Source: Longimicrobiales bacterium (GTDB taxonomy: Bacteria; Gemmatimonadota; Gemmatimonadetes; Longimicrobiales; Gaopeijiaceae). From it: a stretch of DNA of 64,000 nucleotides. This document shows positions 9,503-17,766 of this stretch, in pieces. A model generated the notes under the pieces. It saw only the letters and a list, made by a program, of their open reading frames with translations. It searched no databases and was not told the origin of the DNA. Position numbers and translations under genes: made by a program. The stretch lies in the NCBI GenBank assembly GCA_965249725.1, contig CBDFMQ010000002.1:2464001-2528000 (forward strand), written 5' to 3'. The stretch's first letter is position 1; the number at the start of each line of letters is the position of its first letter.

Positions 9503-10576
9503 ATGCGCATCATCGCCCACAGCGGCGCCTCCGAGTGGGGTGGCGCCGAGAGTGCTCTCACCGACCTTCTGGCCGGGCTCTCCGAACGTGGGCACGACGT
9601 GACCCTGTTCGCCAACCGAACGGCGATCATGCAGGGGGCGCGGGCCAAGGGAGTCGACACGCGTCGGGTGCACCTGGGCGGCGACATCGCAGTACACGAC
9701 TCCTTCTTCTTCAGCAGGGCGCTTCGCAGCGAGAGGCCCGATGCCCTCTTGATCGGCACCTTCCAGAAGATCTGGCTGGGGGGGTTGGCCGCTCGGATGG
9801 CCGGGGTGCCCCGTGTGGTGGCCCGGGTGGGGCTCTCCACCGACACTCCCCGAGGTCCCAAGTACCGCTTCGCACTCAAGCGTTGGGTGGATCAGGTCGT
9901 GTTCGTGGCCGACGGAATGCGCCGATCCTACGTGGAGCAGCTGCCCGAACTCGAGGACCGGTTCGTCACCATCTACAAAGGCCTACCACCTCTCGGACAG
10001 CGAAGAAACCCGGAGGACGCTCGCCGGGCACTCGGCCTTCCCGACGATGTCCCGCTCGTGGGGAGCGTCGGGCGGCTCGTGGCCAAGCGACGCTTCGACC
10101 GCCTCCTGGAAGCGATGGTGTTCCTGCCGAACGACGCTCATCTCGCCGTCGCCGGTGAGGGTCCCCTGCGGGGAGCGTTGGGTCAGCTCTCCGACAAGCT
10201 CGGCCTTCGCGATCGTATCCGCTTCCTCGGCTACTGTCCGGATCTCGGACCCCTGATGGATGCACTGGACGTGTTGGTCATCACGTCCGACCGGAAGGGC
10301 ATGGCCAGCGTGATGCTGGAGGCGTTGTCCCGCGGGGTCCCCGTAGTATCGACCGACGTGTCGGGCGCGCGGGAGGCGCTGGAACCGGGGCCCGACGGCC
10401 AACCACCGGGGCTCGTGACCGGCTTCGCACCGCCGGAGATCGCTTCGGCCATGAACTCCATCATCTACGATCGAAAGGTCCAACACGCGATGGGCAGAGC
10501 GGCTGCCGAGCGCTATGAGGCACGCTTCTCGTTCGAGAGAATGCTTGACGGTTGGGAAGCGGTGTTGGCGGGCTAA
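9503..10576 (+). CDS. Glycosyltransferase family 4 (GT-B), possibly degenerate
   Basis: GGAE N-terminal motif, GSVGRL, GEGP, LEALSRGVPVVSTDVSG; first Glu of EX7E replaced by Lys. Confidence 0.85.
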   Translation: MRIIAHSGASEWGGAESALTDLLAGLSERGHDVTLFANRTAIMQGARAKGVDTRRVHLGGDIAVHDSFFFSRALRSERPDALLIGTFQKIWLGGLAARMAGVPRVVARVGLSTDTPRGPKYRFALKRWVDQVVFVADGMRRSYVEQLPELEDRFVTIYKGLPPLGQRRNPEDARRALGLPDDVPLVGSVGRLVAKRRFDRLLEAMVFLPNDAHLAVAGEGPLRGALGQLSDKLGLRDRIRFLGYCPDLGPLMDALDVLVITSDRKGMASVMLEALSRGVPVVSTDVSGAREALEPGPDGQPPGLVTGFAPPEIASAMNSIIYDRKVQHAMGRAAAERYEARFSFERMLDGWEAVLAG

Positions 10577-10662
10577 CGCTCCTCCGAGAGCCAGAAGTAC
10601 CAAACGATCCAAGCGATGGCGAGCACCGCTCCCACGTTCACCAGAATGACGTCCGTCGCCAT
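10573..10662 (-). CDS. 29-aa membrane peptide downstream of copA (resembles the anchor of cupredoxin-domain CopA partners)
   Basis: MATDVILVNVGAVLAIAWIVWYFWLSEER*, 5 nt after the copA stop, GGAGG upstream; not in ORF track. Confidence 0.55.
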   Translation of the reverse strand: MATDVILVNVGAVLAIAWIVWYFWLSEER

Positions 10663-10667
10663 ATGCG

Positions 10668-12965
10668 CTAGGCCTCCACGCCTCTGGGGGTGAAGCTCCG
10701 CAACCGATTGGCGTTGGTGACCACCGTCACCGAACTGAACGCCATGGCGGCGCCCGCGATCACGGGCGAAAGCAGGATGCCGAAGAGGGGATAGAAGACC
10801 CCGGCGGCCACAGGAATACCCAGCGTGTTGTAGATGAACGCACCCACCAGGTTCTGGCGGATGTTTCTGAACGTCGCCTCGGAAATCTCCATCATCGCGA
10901 CGACCCCCTCCAACGACCCTCCCATGAGGGTCACGTCACCGGCCTCCATAGCCAGGTCGGTCCCGGTGCCGATCGCGACGCCGACGTCCGCCTGAGCCAA
11001 CGCGGGGGCGTCATTGATGCCGTCTCCGACCATCGCCACCCTGCGCCCGCGGTCCTGGAGATCCTTGATGCGCAGGGCCTTCTGGTCCGGAAGGACCCGT
11101 GCAAACACCTCATCGACCCTGACCTCGCGGGCTACGGCTCTCGCCGTGGCCTCGTGATCTCCCGTCAGGATCACGACCTCGAGACCCATCTGTTGGAGTC
11201 TGGCGATGGCCGCAGCCGACTCCGGCTTCACTGGATCGGAGACTCCCAGCACTCCCAGGGGCTTGCCGTCTGCAGCCACCAGAACGGGGGTTCGGCCCGA
11301 TTCGGCCAGCGTAGATGCCTGCGCCTCGAGTGCATCGATCTCTACACCGGAATCAGACAGGAACGCCGCCGTACCGACCAGGACCGACCGGCCGTCCACC
11401 GTGGCGCGGATGCCCCGTCCCGGGATCGCCTCGAAGTCCGAGGCCCTGTCGTACTCCACGCCGCGGGCGGCAGCGCCCGCGGCCACCGCCTGGGCCAAGG
11501 GGTGTTCCGAGCCGGTCTCGGCGGCGGCCGCCAACCGGACGAGCTCCTCGTCGGAGACCTCGCCGAGCGGCACCACGTCCGTGAGCGTGGGCGATCCCTG
11601 GGTGACGGTACCCGTCTTGTCGAGAACGACCGTGTCCACGGTTCGGGCCCGCTGGAGCGCCTCTCCATTTCGGATGAGGATGCCGTGCTCCGCGGCCTTC
11701 CCCACGGCGACCATGATGGAGATGGGCGTGGCCAGTCCCAGGGCGCACGGACAAGCGATGACCAGCACCGCGACGGCCACCACCATGGCGTAGCTCAGAA
11801 CCGGCTCGGGGCCGAACGTGTACCAGACGGCGAAGGAAACCACGGACACGATCATCACCGAAGGCACGAAGTAGCTCGCCACCACGTCGACCACCCGCTG
11901 GATGGGCGGCTTGGCCCCCTGGGCCTCACGGACCATCTCGACGATCCGAGACAAGACCATATCGCGGCCCACCCGTTCGGCACTGAAGTGAAGCACCCCG
12001 GCGCTGTTCATCGTGCCGCCGACGACCTCGTCTCCGGGCCCCTTCTCGACGGGAATGCTCTCCCCGGTGACCATCGACTCGTCCACGGCGCTCCGGCCCT
12101 CCTGAACGCGGCCGTCGACCGGAATCTTCTCGCCGGGGCGGACCACGACGATCTCACCCACCTGGACCTCGGCCGCCGGGACCTCCACCTCGGTGTCGCC
12201 GCGAAGCACCCGGGCCACCGGCGGGCGTAGATCCATGAGGCGCCGCACGGCCATGGAGGTCCGCCCTTTGGCGCGAGCCTCCAGGGCCTGGCCCAGGACG
12301 ACCAAAGTGATCACCACGGCCGCGGCTTCGTAGAACGGGTGGCCGGTCCCCTCGGGAAAGAGGCCCGGAAAGGCCACCGCGACCGTGGAGTAGATCCACG
12401 CCGCACCGGTACCTAACGCGACCAGTGTGTCCATGTTGGCATCGTGACGCCGGAAGGCGGACCATCCACCGGTGAAGAAGCGACCGCCCACATAGACCAT
12501 GATGGGCACGGTCAGCACCCCGCTGAGCGCCCAAAGCAGGCGCATGGTTCCGTGTTCTATGCCCTGGAGGCCGGGAATGAACTGGGCGTGCCCGATGATC
12601 ACGACCGGCAGACCCAGCACCGCCCCCACCCAGAAGCGCCGTAACAGACTTCGAGCCTCTTGCTCGCGCTCTTCATCTCGGCGCTTGAGGGTCTCCTCGA
12701 TGTCCTCGGCCTCCGCCGCTGCGTCCACCTCGTAGCCGGCGGCCGCGACCGTGTCCCGCATGGTCACCGTGTCGAGAACACCGGGCACGTACTCGATGCG
12801 GGCGGACTCGGTTGCGAGGCTCACTTCGGCCGACGTGATGCCGGGTACGCGGTCGAGTGCCATCTCCACGCGGCGCACACAGGCGGCGCAGGTCATACCG
12901 CTGATCGCGACCTCCCGGGTGAGGGCCGGCACCGCGTGGCGGTCCGTTTGAGGCGTGTCATTCAT
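10668..12965 (-). CDS. copA: Copper-translocating P1B-type ATPase
   Basis: GMTCAAC HMA domain, [26 protein letters not shown] and MAFSS Cu(I) motifs. Confidence 0.96.
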   Translation of the reverse strand: MNDTPQTDRHAVPALTREVAISGMTCAACVRRVEMALDRVPGITSAEVSLATESARIEYVPGVLDTVTMRDTVAAAGYEVDAAAEAEDIEETLKRRDEEREQEARSLLRRFWVGAVLGLPVVIIGHAQFIPGLQGIEHGTMRLLWALSGVLTVPIMVYVGGRFFTGGWSAFRRHDANMDTLVALGTGAAWIYSTVAVAFPGLFPEGTGHPFYEAAAVVITLVVLGQALEARAKGRTSMAVRRLMDLRPPVARVLRGDTEVEVPAAEVQVGEIVVVRPGEKIPVDGRVQEGRSAVDESMVTGESIPVEKGPGDEVVGGTMNSAGVLHFSAERVGRDMVLSRIVEMVREAQGAKPPIQRVVDVVASYFVPSVMIVSVVSFAVWYTFGPEPVLSYAMVVAVAVLVIACPCALGLATPISIMVAVGKAAEHGILIRNGEALQRARTVDTVVLDKTGTVTQGSPTLTDVVPLGEVSDEELVRLAAAAETGSEHPLAQAVAAGAAARGVEYDRASDFEAIPGRGIRATVDGRSVLVGTAAFLSDSGVEIDALEAQASTLAESGRTPVLVAADGKPLGVLGVSDPVKPESAAAIARLQQMGLEVVILTGDHEATARAVAREVRVDEVFARVLPDQKALRIKDLQDRGRRVAMVGDGINDAPALAQADVGVAIGTGTDLAMEAGDVTLMGGSLEGVVAMMEISEATFRNIRQNLVGAFIYNTLGIPVAAGVFYPLFGILLSPVIAGAAMAFSSVTVVTNANRLRSFTPRGVEA

Positions 12966-12976
12966 GGCGTCCTAGA

Positions 12977-12991
12977 ATACCCCAGAGGGTT
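12977..12991. promoter_or_regulatory. Candidate CsoR-type copper operator
   Basis: ATACCCCAGAGGGTT, an imperfect C-tract/G-tract palindrome 12 nt upstream of copA. Confidence 0.5.
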
Positions 12992-13130
12992 CCCGATGCG
13001 TCATAAAGGAGGCCCCGAGGGGCCCCTTGTGGCCCATCGAGAATCCCGCGAGCTGGCGCGCGAGGTGGGGGAACGGATGGGGCGGGTGCTCGCGGAACTC
13101 TAGGCACCGGCACAACCCGCCGGTTCGGTT

Positions 13131-13700
13131 CTAGAAGGCGCCCGCGAACTTCCCGAAGATGTAGAGGCCGACAAACACCGCGACGACGACAACCCAGCGC
13201 AGGACATTCGAGGTGAGTATGGCCTGCGGGTTCACCGCGCTGACAGCGGTGGTCGAGGTCCCGCTCGATCCGCGGCGGATTCCGCTCAACTCAGTGAGGT
13301 TCCGTAGCAGCGCCCTGAGCTTCTCTTCGAGCTCGGCAGGGCTCTCCGGCTTTGTAATGAAGTGGTTTCCACCCAATCCGTAGCTCTTGGCCACGTCCTC
13401 GTCCCGGTCCGACGACGTGAGCACCGCGACGGGGATCGAGCGGAGCTGGTCGCTGCCCTTGATCTCTTCCAGGACCTCGTGACCGGCCATTCCGGGCATC
13501 TTCAGGTCCAGGAGTAGCAGATCCGGCGGTTCTTCGTTGATCAGCTCGACGGCCTCTTCGCCGTTCCGTGCTCGACGAATCGTCACCGGCACGTCTACGG
13601 CCCTCTCGAGTGCCATCTCGATGAGAAGCGCGTGGTCGTCGTTGTCTTCCGCCAACACGACATTCCACTCGGACTTCTCTGTTCGCTCGATTACGCTCAT
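13131..13700 (-). CDS. Single-domain response regulator with C-terminal transmembrane tail
   Basis: LAEDN, LLLLDLKMPG, VLTSS and FITKP receiver motifs; hydrophobic tail WVVVVAVFVGLYIFG. Confidence 0.88.
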   Translation of the reverse strand: MSVIERTEKSEWNVVLAEDNDDHALLIEMALERAVDVPVTIRRARNGEEAVELINEEPPDLLLLDLKMPGMAGHEVLEEIKGSDQLRSIPVAVLTSSDRDEDVAKSYGLGGNHFITKPESPAELEEKLRALLRNLTELSGIRRGSSGTSTTAVSAVNPQAILTSNVLRWVVVVAVFVGLYIFGKFAGAF

Positions 13701-14530
13701 CTGATCGGCTCCTCTTCCCTCACGTCTGAAACCACTGCAGCGTCGTAGCCCAGTTCCTCGATCTCCGCCATCAACTCGGATGCCGCCGATCGCTCGGTGA
13801 ACCGCCCGATGCGTACCCGCACCAACGCGCTGCCCGCGACCCGCACCACCCGGGTTTCGAACCCAGCCCGGGCCAACGTCCTCGCGAGTCCGTCAGCGCG
13901 CTCCTCGGTAGAGAAAGCCCCGAGCTGCACTGCATGTCGCCCGTCCACTTCGGGCGGGGCGTCCACCTGCTCCGCCTCGGTCGCCGGCGAATCAGTGACC
14001 ACCTCGGCCAGCGAGTCAGCGGCTGCCTGGGCAGCAGCGATCTCTGCGGCAGCTATCGCCGCCTCCGCCTCGGCGGCCTCGATCTCTTCCGAGTGATCCG
14101 AAAGCCACTGTCTAGCGACCACGCGCTCCGGGCTCCGAGGATAGTCCTGCAGCAGCGAGCGATAGTACCCTGCCGCACCCAACAGGTCCTCACCGGATCC
14201 GGCGATCATGGCCAAGCGGACCAAAGCCACGTCGGAATATGGCCCTCCGGGGTAGGACACCACCAGTCGCTGATAATCCAGGGTCGCCATCTCGGGGTCC
14301 ACGGTGAGGAGCCCCCGCAGCCACAATCCTCGCTGCCGATCACGCCGGCTGGACTGGCTCCGGTCGCTGTCCCACCACGTCTCGAGCACGCTCCGGGCCT
14401 CCTCCGTGCGTCCGGCCGAGGCGAGTACGTCCACTGAATCCAGACCCTCCTGCCCCGCGGCGCCGCCGGGGAGAGTCAGCACGGCCGCGAGTGTCCAGAC
14501 GGCCGCGGATAACGTGTGTCGTCCGATCAT
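13697..14530 (-). CDS. Exported TPR-like + SPOR domain protein
   Basis: Signal peptide, YPGGPYS/YPRSP TPR-like repeats, VQLGAFS...VRVRIGRF SPOR; ATGA overlap with holA supports start 14530. Confidence 0.88.
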   Translation of the reverse strand: MIGRHTLSAAVWTLAAVLTLPGGAAGQEGLDSVDVLASAGRTEEARSVLETWWDSDRSQSSRRDRQRGLWLRGLLTVDPEMATLDYQRLVVSYPGGPYSDVALVRLAMIAGSGEDLLGAAGYYRSLLQDYPRSPERVVARQWLSDHSEEIEAAEAEAAIAAAEIAAAQAAADSLAEVVTDSPATEAEQVDAPPEVDGRHAVQLGAFSTEERADGLARTLARAGFETRVVRVAGSALVRVRIGRFTERSAASELMAEIEELGYDAAVVSDVREEEPIR

Positions 14531-15531
14531 GCGGCCTCGTGCTCGAACGACATGATCGTCAGCAGCCATTCCTCCAGGTGGTGCTCGTCCGAGAGCGAAC
14601 TCGCCTTGAGCAATCGGTCCACACGGAGGAGCCCCAGAATGGCCTCCCGGATGGACGCGGAGGTCCAGCCGTCGGCCTGTCGAGCGATCTGTCGCGAGAG
14701 CCATTTCTGGTGCGGCGGCAATACCTGCTCGATGGCGCCTTGCCCCTGTTCCACCACAACGCCGATCCGTAGGAGGTGGGTGGCCAGACCGACCGCGAGC
14801 CCGACCCCACTCTCGCCCTGGGGCAACAGTATGCGAAGCCCTATGGACGCCTGATCAAACTGGCGGCTACCCACCAGGTCGAACCACCGCCAGCGATCTT
14901 GCGTGGGCAAAACCGTTCCGGCGGCGCGCACGTGCTCTATGGTGATGCGATCACCCTCACTCGCGACGCCGGCCAGCTTCTCGAGCTCCCTGGACAGGAT
15001 GCCGAGATCGGTTCCGATCCCGTGTGCGAGCGCGCGGGCCGCATCGGGCTCCAACGTCATCGAGAACCGCTGTTTCGACTGCCCCATCAACCATCCGGGG
15101 GCGTCGTCTGCACTGATGGCGGCGAACTCTACCGAGTGCGCGATCTTCTTGAGCCGTGTGTAGTACCTGGCCTTCGACTTGTTGGGAATGCTGGCGGTCA
15201 GGATGAGGGCGAGATCGGGTGGAGGGGACTCAGCCAGGCCCAAGACCAGGTCTCGAGACCGGGCCGCCCCGGCGAAGGCCTCAGCCCCCCGCACGACCAC
15301 CACGCGCCACTCGGCCATCATCGGAGGCGTGGCGACGATGCGGGCCAGGTCCTCGACGTTTACGGCCGACGCCTGGACTACGTCGAGGTTGAAGTCCTTC
15401 GTCGACTCGTCGACGTGAGCATCGACGAGCTCCTTCACGGCCTCTCCCTTGCGATGCTCGTCCTCACCCCAAAGGAAAAAAACCCCGCCCCGGGATCCCT
15501 GTTCGAGGGCCTTCCGGAGGGGGCTCGTCAT
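14527..15531 (-). CDS. holA: DNA polymerase III delta subunit
   Basis: FFLWGEDE, DFNLD, TPPMMAEWRVVVV, ELEKL, VDRLLKAS. Confidence 0.9.
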   Translation of the reverse strand: MTSPLRKALEQGSRGGVFFLWGEDEHRKGEAVKELVDAHVDESTKDFNLDVVQASAVNVEDLARIVATPPMMAEWRVVVVRGAEAFAGAARSRDLVLGLAESPPPDLALILTASIPNKSKARYYTRLKKIAHSVEFAAISADDAPGWLMGQSKQRFSMTLEPDAARALAHGIGTDLGILSRELEKLAGVASEGDRITIEHVRAAGTVLPTQDRWRWFDLVGSRQFDQASIGLRILLPQGESGVGLAVGLATHLLRIGVVVEQGQGAIEQVLPPHQKWLSRQIARQADGWTSASIREAILGLLRVDRLLKASSLSDEHHLEEWLLTIMSFEHEAA

Positions 15532-15565
15532 GGCGCAGCCCGGTAGGTCGTGGCCTCAGATCCGG

Positions 15566-16114
15566 TCAATCGAGACCCGTTCGTCGAAGCGCCGAGTTGT
15601 TCCGGGACCGCTCGCTCATGGGAGAGTACTCGTAGAGCAGCGTGTTGGGATTCGACCAAAGTCCGCTGCCGAGGGCGCGGGGTGCCGTTACGGGCATGCC
15701 GAACGCATCGGTCGTGAACAGAGGCTCCCCTGCCGGGGGAGCCGATACGATGATCGCCGGAAGCATGACCTCGGGCGTGGACCGCCCCAGGGACGGGGAC
15801 CAGGCGATGAAGGCGAGAAGAATGGCCATACCGACGGCGGCGGCGACCGGAACCGCAGAATCACTGGTCGCGCGAAAGCCCACGTCGCCATCATCGATGT
15901 GGAACAGCCTGTGCTGGAGGCGAGGACGGAAGGACTCGGCCAGCTCCACCTGTGGCATGGCTTGGAGGAGGGTTACGCCTTGCGAGACGACCTGCTCGTA
16001 GCGGGCACACTTCTCACACTCCGCCATATGCGCTTCCGCCGCCCTGCGGACTGGAGCGCCCGGGGGAGCGTCATAGAACTCGGAAAACCGACCAAGAAAA
16101 TCCGAGCAATCCAT
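15566..16114 (-). CDS. Zinc-finger (zf-HC2) anti-sigma factor
   Basis: MDC...HMAECEKC (HxxxCxxC), single TM, downstream of ECF sigma; AGGAG RBS. Confidence 0.85.
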   Translation of the reverse strand: MDCSDFLGRFSEFYDAPPGAPVRRAAEAHMAECEKCARYEQVVSQGVTLLQAMPQVELAESFRPRLQHRLFHIDDGDVGFRATSDSAVPVAAAVGMAILLAFIAWSPSLGRSTPEVMLPAIIVSAPPAGEPLFTTDAFGMPVTAPRALGSGLWSNPNTLLYEYSPMSERSRNNSALRRTGLD

Positions 16115-16175
16115 GTGCCAAATAATCTCCTGTTACAGTACTCCCGCCCCGCGTTCGTCGGGGAGGCTGAGATAC

Positions 16176-16202
16176 TACGTAGAGGGGTCTTGTGGTGTTC
16201 CC
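16176..16202 (-). promoter_or_regulatory. Candidate ECF promoter for the anti-sigma gene
   Basis: GGGAAC-N17-CGTA on minus strand, downstream of the terminator. Confidence 0.45.
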
Positions 16203-16244
16203 CCTCCAGGACTTGGTACAGGGGGGAGTGGAGCAGGTTCCCGC

Positions 16245-16285
16245 AAAAACAAGAGGCCCTCGGCGATCAAATCGCCGAGGGCCTC
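16245..16285 (-). terminator. Intrinsic terminator between ECF sigma and anti-sigma genes
   Basis: Perfect 15-bp stem GAGGCCCTCGGCGAT/ATCGCCGAGGGCCTC, 3-nt loop, followed by TTGTTTTT on minus strand. Confidence 0.8.
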
Positions 16286-16303
16286 GCTTTCTCCGGAGGA
16301 GCT

Positions 16304-16363
16304 CGATGGCCCGCCCGATGGCCCGCCCGATGGCCCGCCCGATGGCCCGCCCGATGGCCCGCT
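16304..16363. repeat. 12-bp tandem repeat (CGATGGCCCGCC), about 5 copies
   Basis: Four perfect copies and one 11/12 copy. Confidence 0.95.
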
Positions 16364-16393
16364 CCGATCACTCAGAGCGGACACCGGCTGCTC

Positions 16394-17035
16394 CTAGTCC
16401 AGAGAGGGTCCGATCAGCCGAGCGAAGTTGTTGCGCGCCCGGTTCAATCGGCTCTTCACCGTGCCGAGGTTGCACCCCGTAATTTCAGCGATCTCCTCGT
16501 ACGTCTTACCCTCGAGCTCACGCAGCACGAAGACGATCCGGTGATGCTCCGGCAGCTCGGCCACCGCCTTCTCCACCATTTCCTTCAAGAAACGCTTGCG
16601 GTAGAGATCGTCGGGCTTGAAGGACGAGTCCTCCCACTCCAGGGGCCGGTGATCGGCTTCCCAGTTCTTCCGGATGGCCTGGAAGAGCATGAGGGGGTTT
16701 CGTGACCGGTTGCGCAGCTCGTTCTTGGCCAGGTTCCCGGCGATCGTGTAGATCCACGTCGAGAACTTCTTGGTCTGATCGAAGCGGTGCATATGGCGGT
16801 ACACCCGGACAAAGGTCTCCTGGACCAAGTCCTGGGCACGCTCTCTGTCACCCACCGTCCGGTAGACGAAGTTGAGCAACCGTCCATCGTATCGCTTGAC
16901 CAGCTCCCCAAACGCACGTTCGTCACCCGCCAGGAAGGACCGGACGACTTCGCTGTCGTCCAGCTGGCCGAGCCTCTTTCGATGCTCTTTTGCCGGTTCC
17001 CCGGATACGACCTGCAATTTCGCTTGATCCGTCAC
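16394..17035 (-). CDS. ECF RNA polymerase sigma factor (RpoE/SigW-like)
   Basis: DLVQETF, FSTWIYTIAGN (region 2); YEEIAEITGCNLGTVKSRLNRAR (region 4). Confidence 0.95.
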   Translation of the reverse strand: MTDQAKLQVVSGEPAKEHRKRLGQLDDSEVVRSFLAGDERAFGELVKRYDGRLLNFVYRTVGDRERAQDLVQETFVRVYRHMHRFDQTKKFSTWIYTIAGNLAKNELRNRSRNPLMLFQAIRKNWEADHRPLEWEDSSFKPDDLYRKRFLKEMVEKAVAELPEHHRIVFVLRELEGKTYEEIAEITGCNLGTVKSRLNRARNNFARLIGPSLD

Positions 17036-17083
17036 GTCTCACCCCCGCGTCACGGGTACGCACCAATCCCCTGCAGATTCGCC

Positions 17084-17098
17084 GCAGGTTCCGTGCCA
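17084..17098 (-). promoter_or_regulatory. sigma54 (-24/-12) promoter upstream of the ECF sigma gene
   Basis: TGGCACG-GAAC-CTGC, exact GG-N10-GC spacing, about 50 nt upstream of the start. Confidence 0.65.
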
Positions 17099-17304
17099 CC
17101 CCCTGGATCGCCCCAGAACGGGCCGATCCTGCCATTTGGGCACTTCTCTCGTCCCACTATAAGGACGTCTCATGTCACGATCGGGACACACCCGGCGCGC
17201 TACGCCGCGCCGTGCCTACGACACCCTCCCGCAGCGCGCGCTACGTCGCGCGCATGACCCACAGCACTTGCCGACCCGCTTCTTCGTACGCCCACATCCG
17301 GACT

Positions 17305-17766
17305 TTATGACGCTTGGCGGTCCTGATTCATTAAGAAGCGATCGGCATAGAGGATCGTCGAGATGCTCTTACCGTCGGTAATCAGGCCCTCTCGGACCAT
17401 CTCCACAGCTACCGAGAAAGGAAACCGCACCACTTCGATGAACTCGTCCGCGTCGGTTTCGGTTTCACCCGGCTCCAAGTCGGTGGCCGCGAACAGATGG
17501 ATGATCTCGTCGGTGAACCCAGGCGTGGTGTAGATGCTCGTCAGCCGGATCAACTGGCCCGCCCGCATGCCTGTCTCTTCCTCCAGCTCTCTTCTGGCGC
17601 AGTCCTCCCAGCTCTCGTCCGGCCCGAGGGGCAGACCGGCCGGAACCTCGTAGAGGTACCCATCCGTGGCATACCGATACTGCCGTAACAGCAGGACCTC
17701 CGGGTCGGGATCCGTGATCTGACCCACGAACGGCAGCGCGGCCGCCGCGCCCACATGCCGGATCAT
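17305..17766 (-). CDS. NUDIX hydrolase (ADP-ribose pyrophosphatase-like), apparently N-terminally shortened
   Basis: QYRY, EVPAG...E....ARRELEEETG Nudix box, TPGFTDE, ITDGKS; TGATG coupling to upstream gene. Confidence 0.85.
   Translation of the reverse strand: MIRHVGAAAALPFVGQITDPDPEVLLLRQYRYATDGYLYEVPAGLPLGPDESWEDCARRELEEETGMRAGQLIRLTSIYTTPGFTDEIIHLFAATDLEPGETETDADEFIEVVRFPFSVAVEMVREGLITDGKSISTILYADRFLMNQDRQAS

Noticed and set aside
12996..13103. Short plus-strand ORF ending RELAREVGERMGRVLAEL
   Set aside because: Could be a gene remnant, but no RBS or recognisable family; insufficient support
16304..16363. ORFs with ARWP/GPPD/GPSG peptide repeats
   Set aside because: By-products of a 12-bp DNA repeat in an intergenic region that also contains a terminator
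16115..16393. 6S RNA or another known ncRNA in the sigma/anti-sigma gap
   Set aside because: No long rod with central bubble; the region is explained by repeat, terminator and promoter
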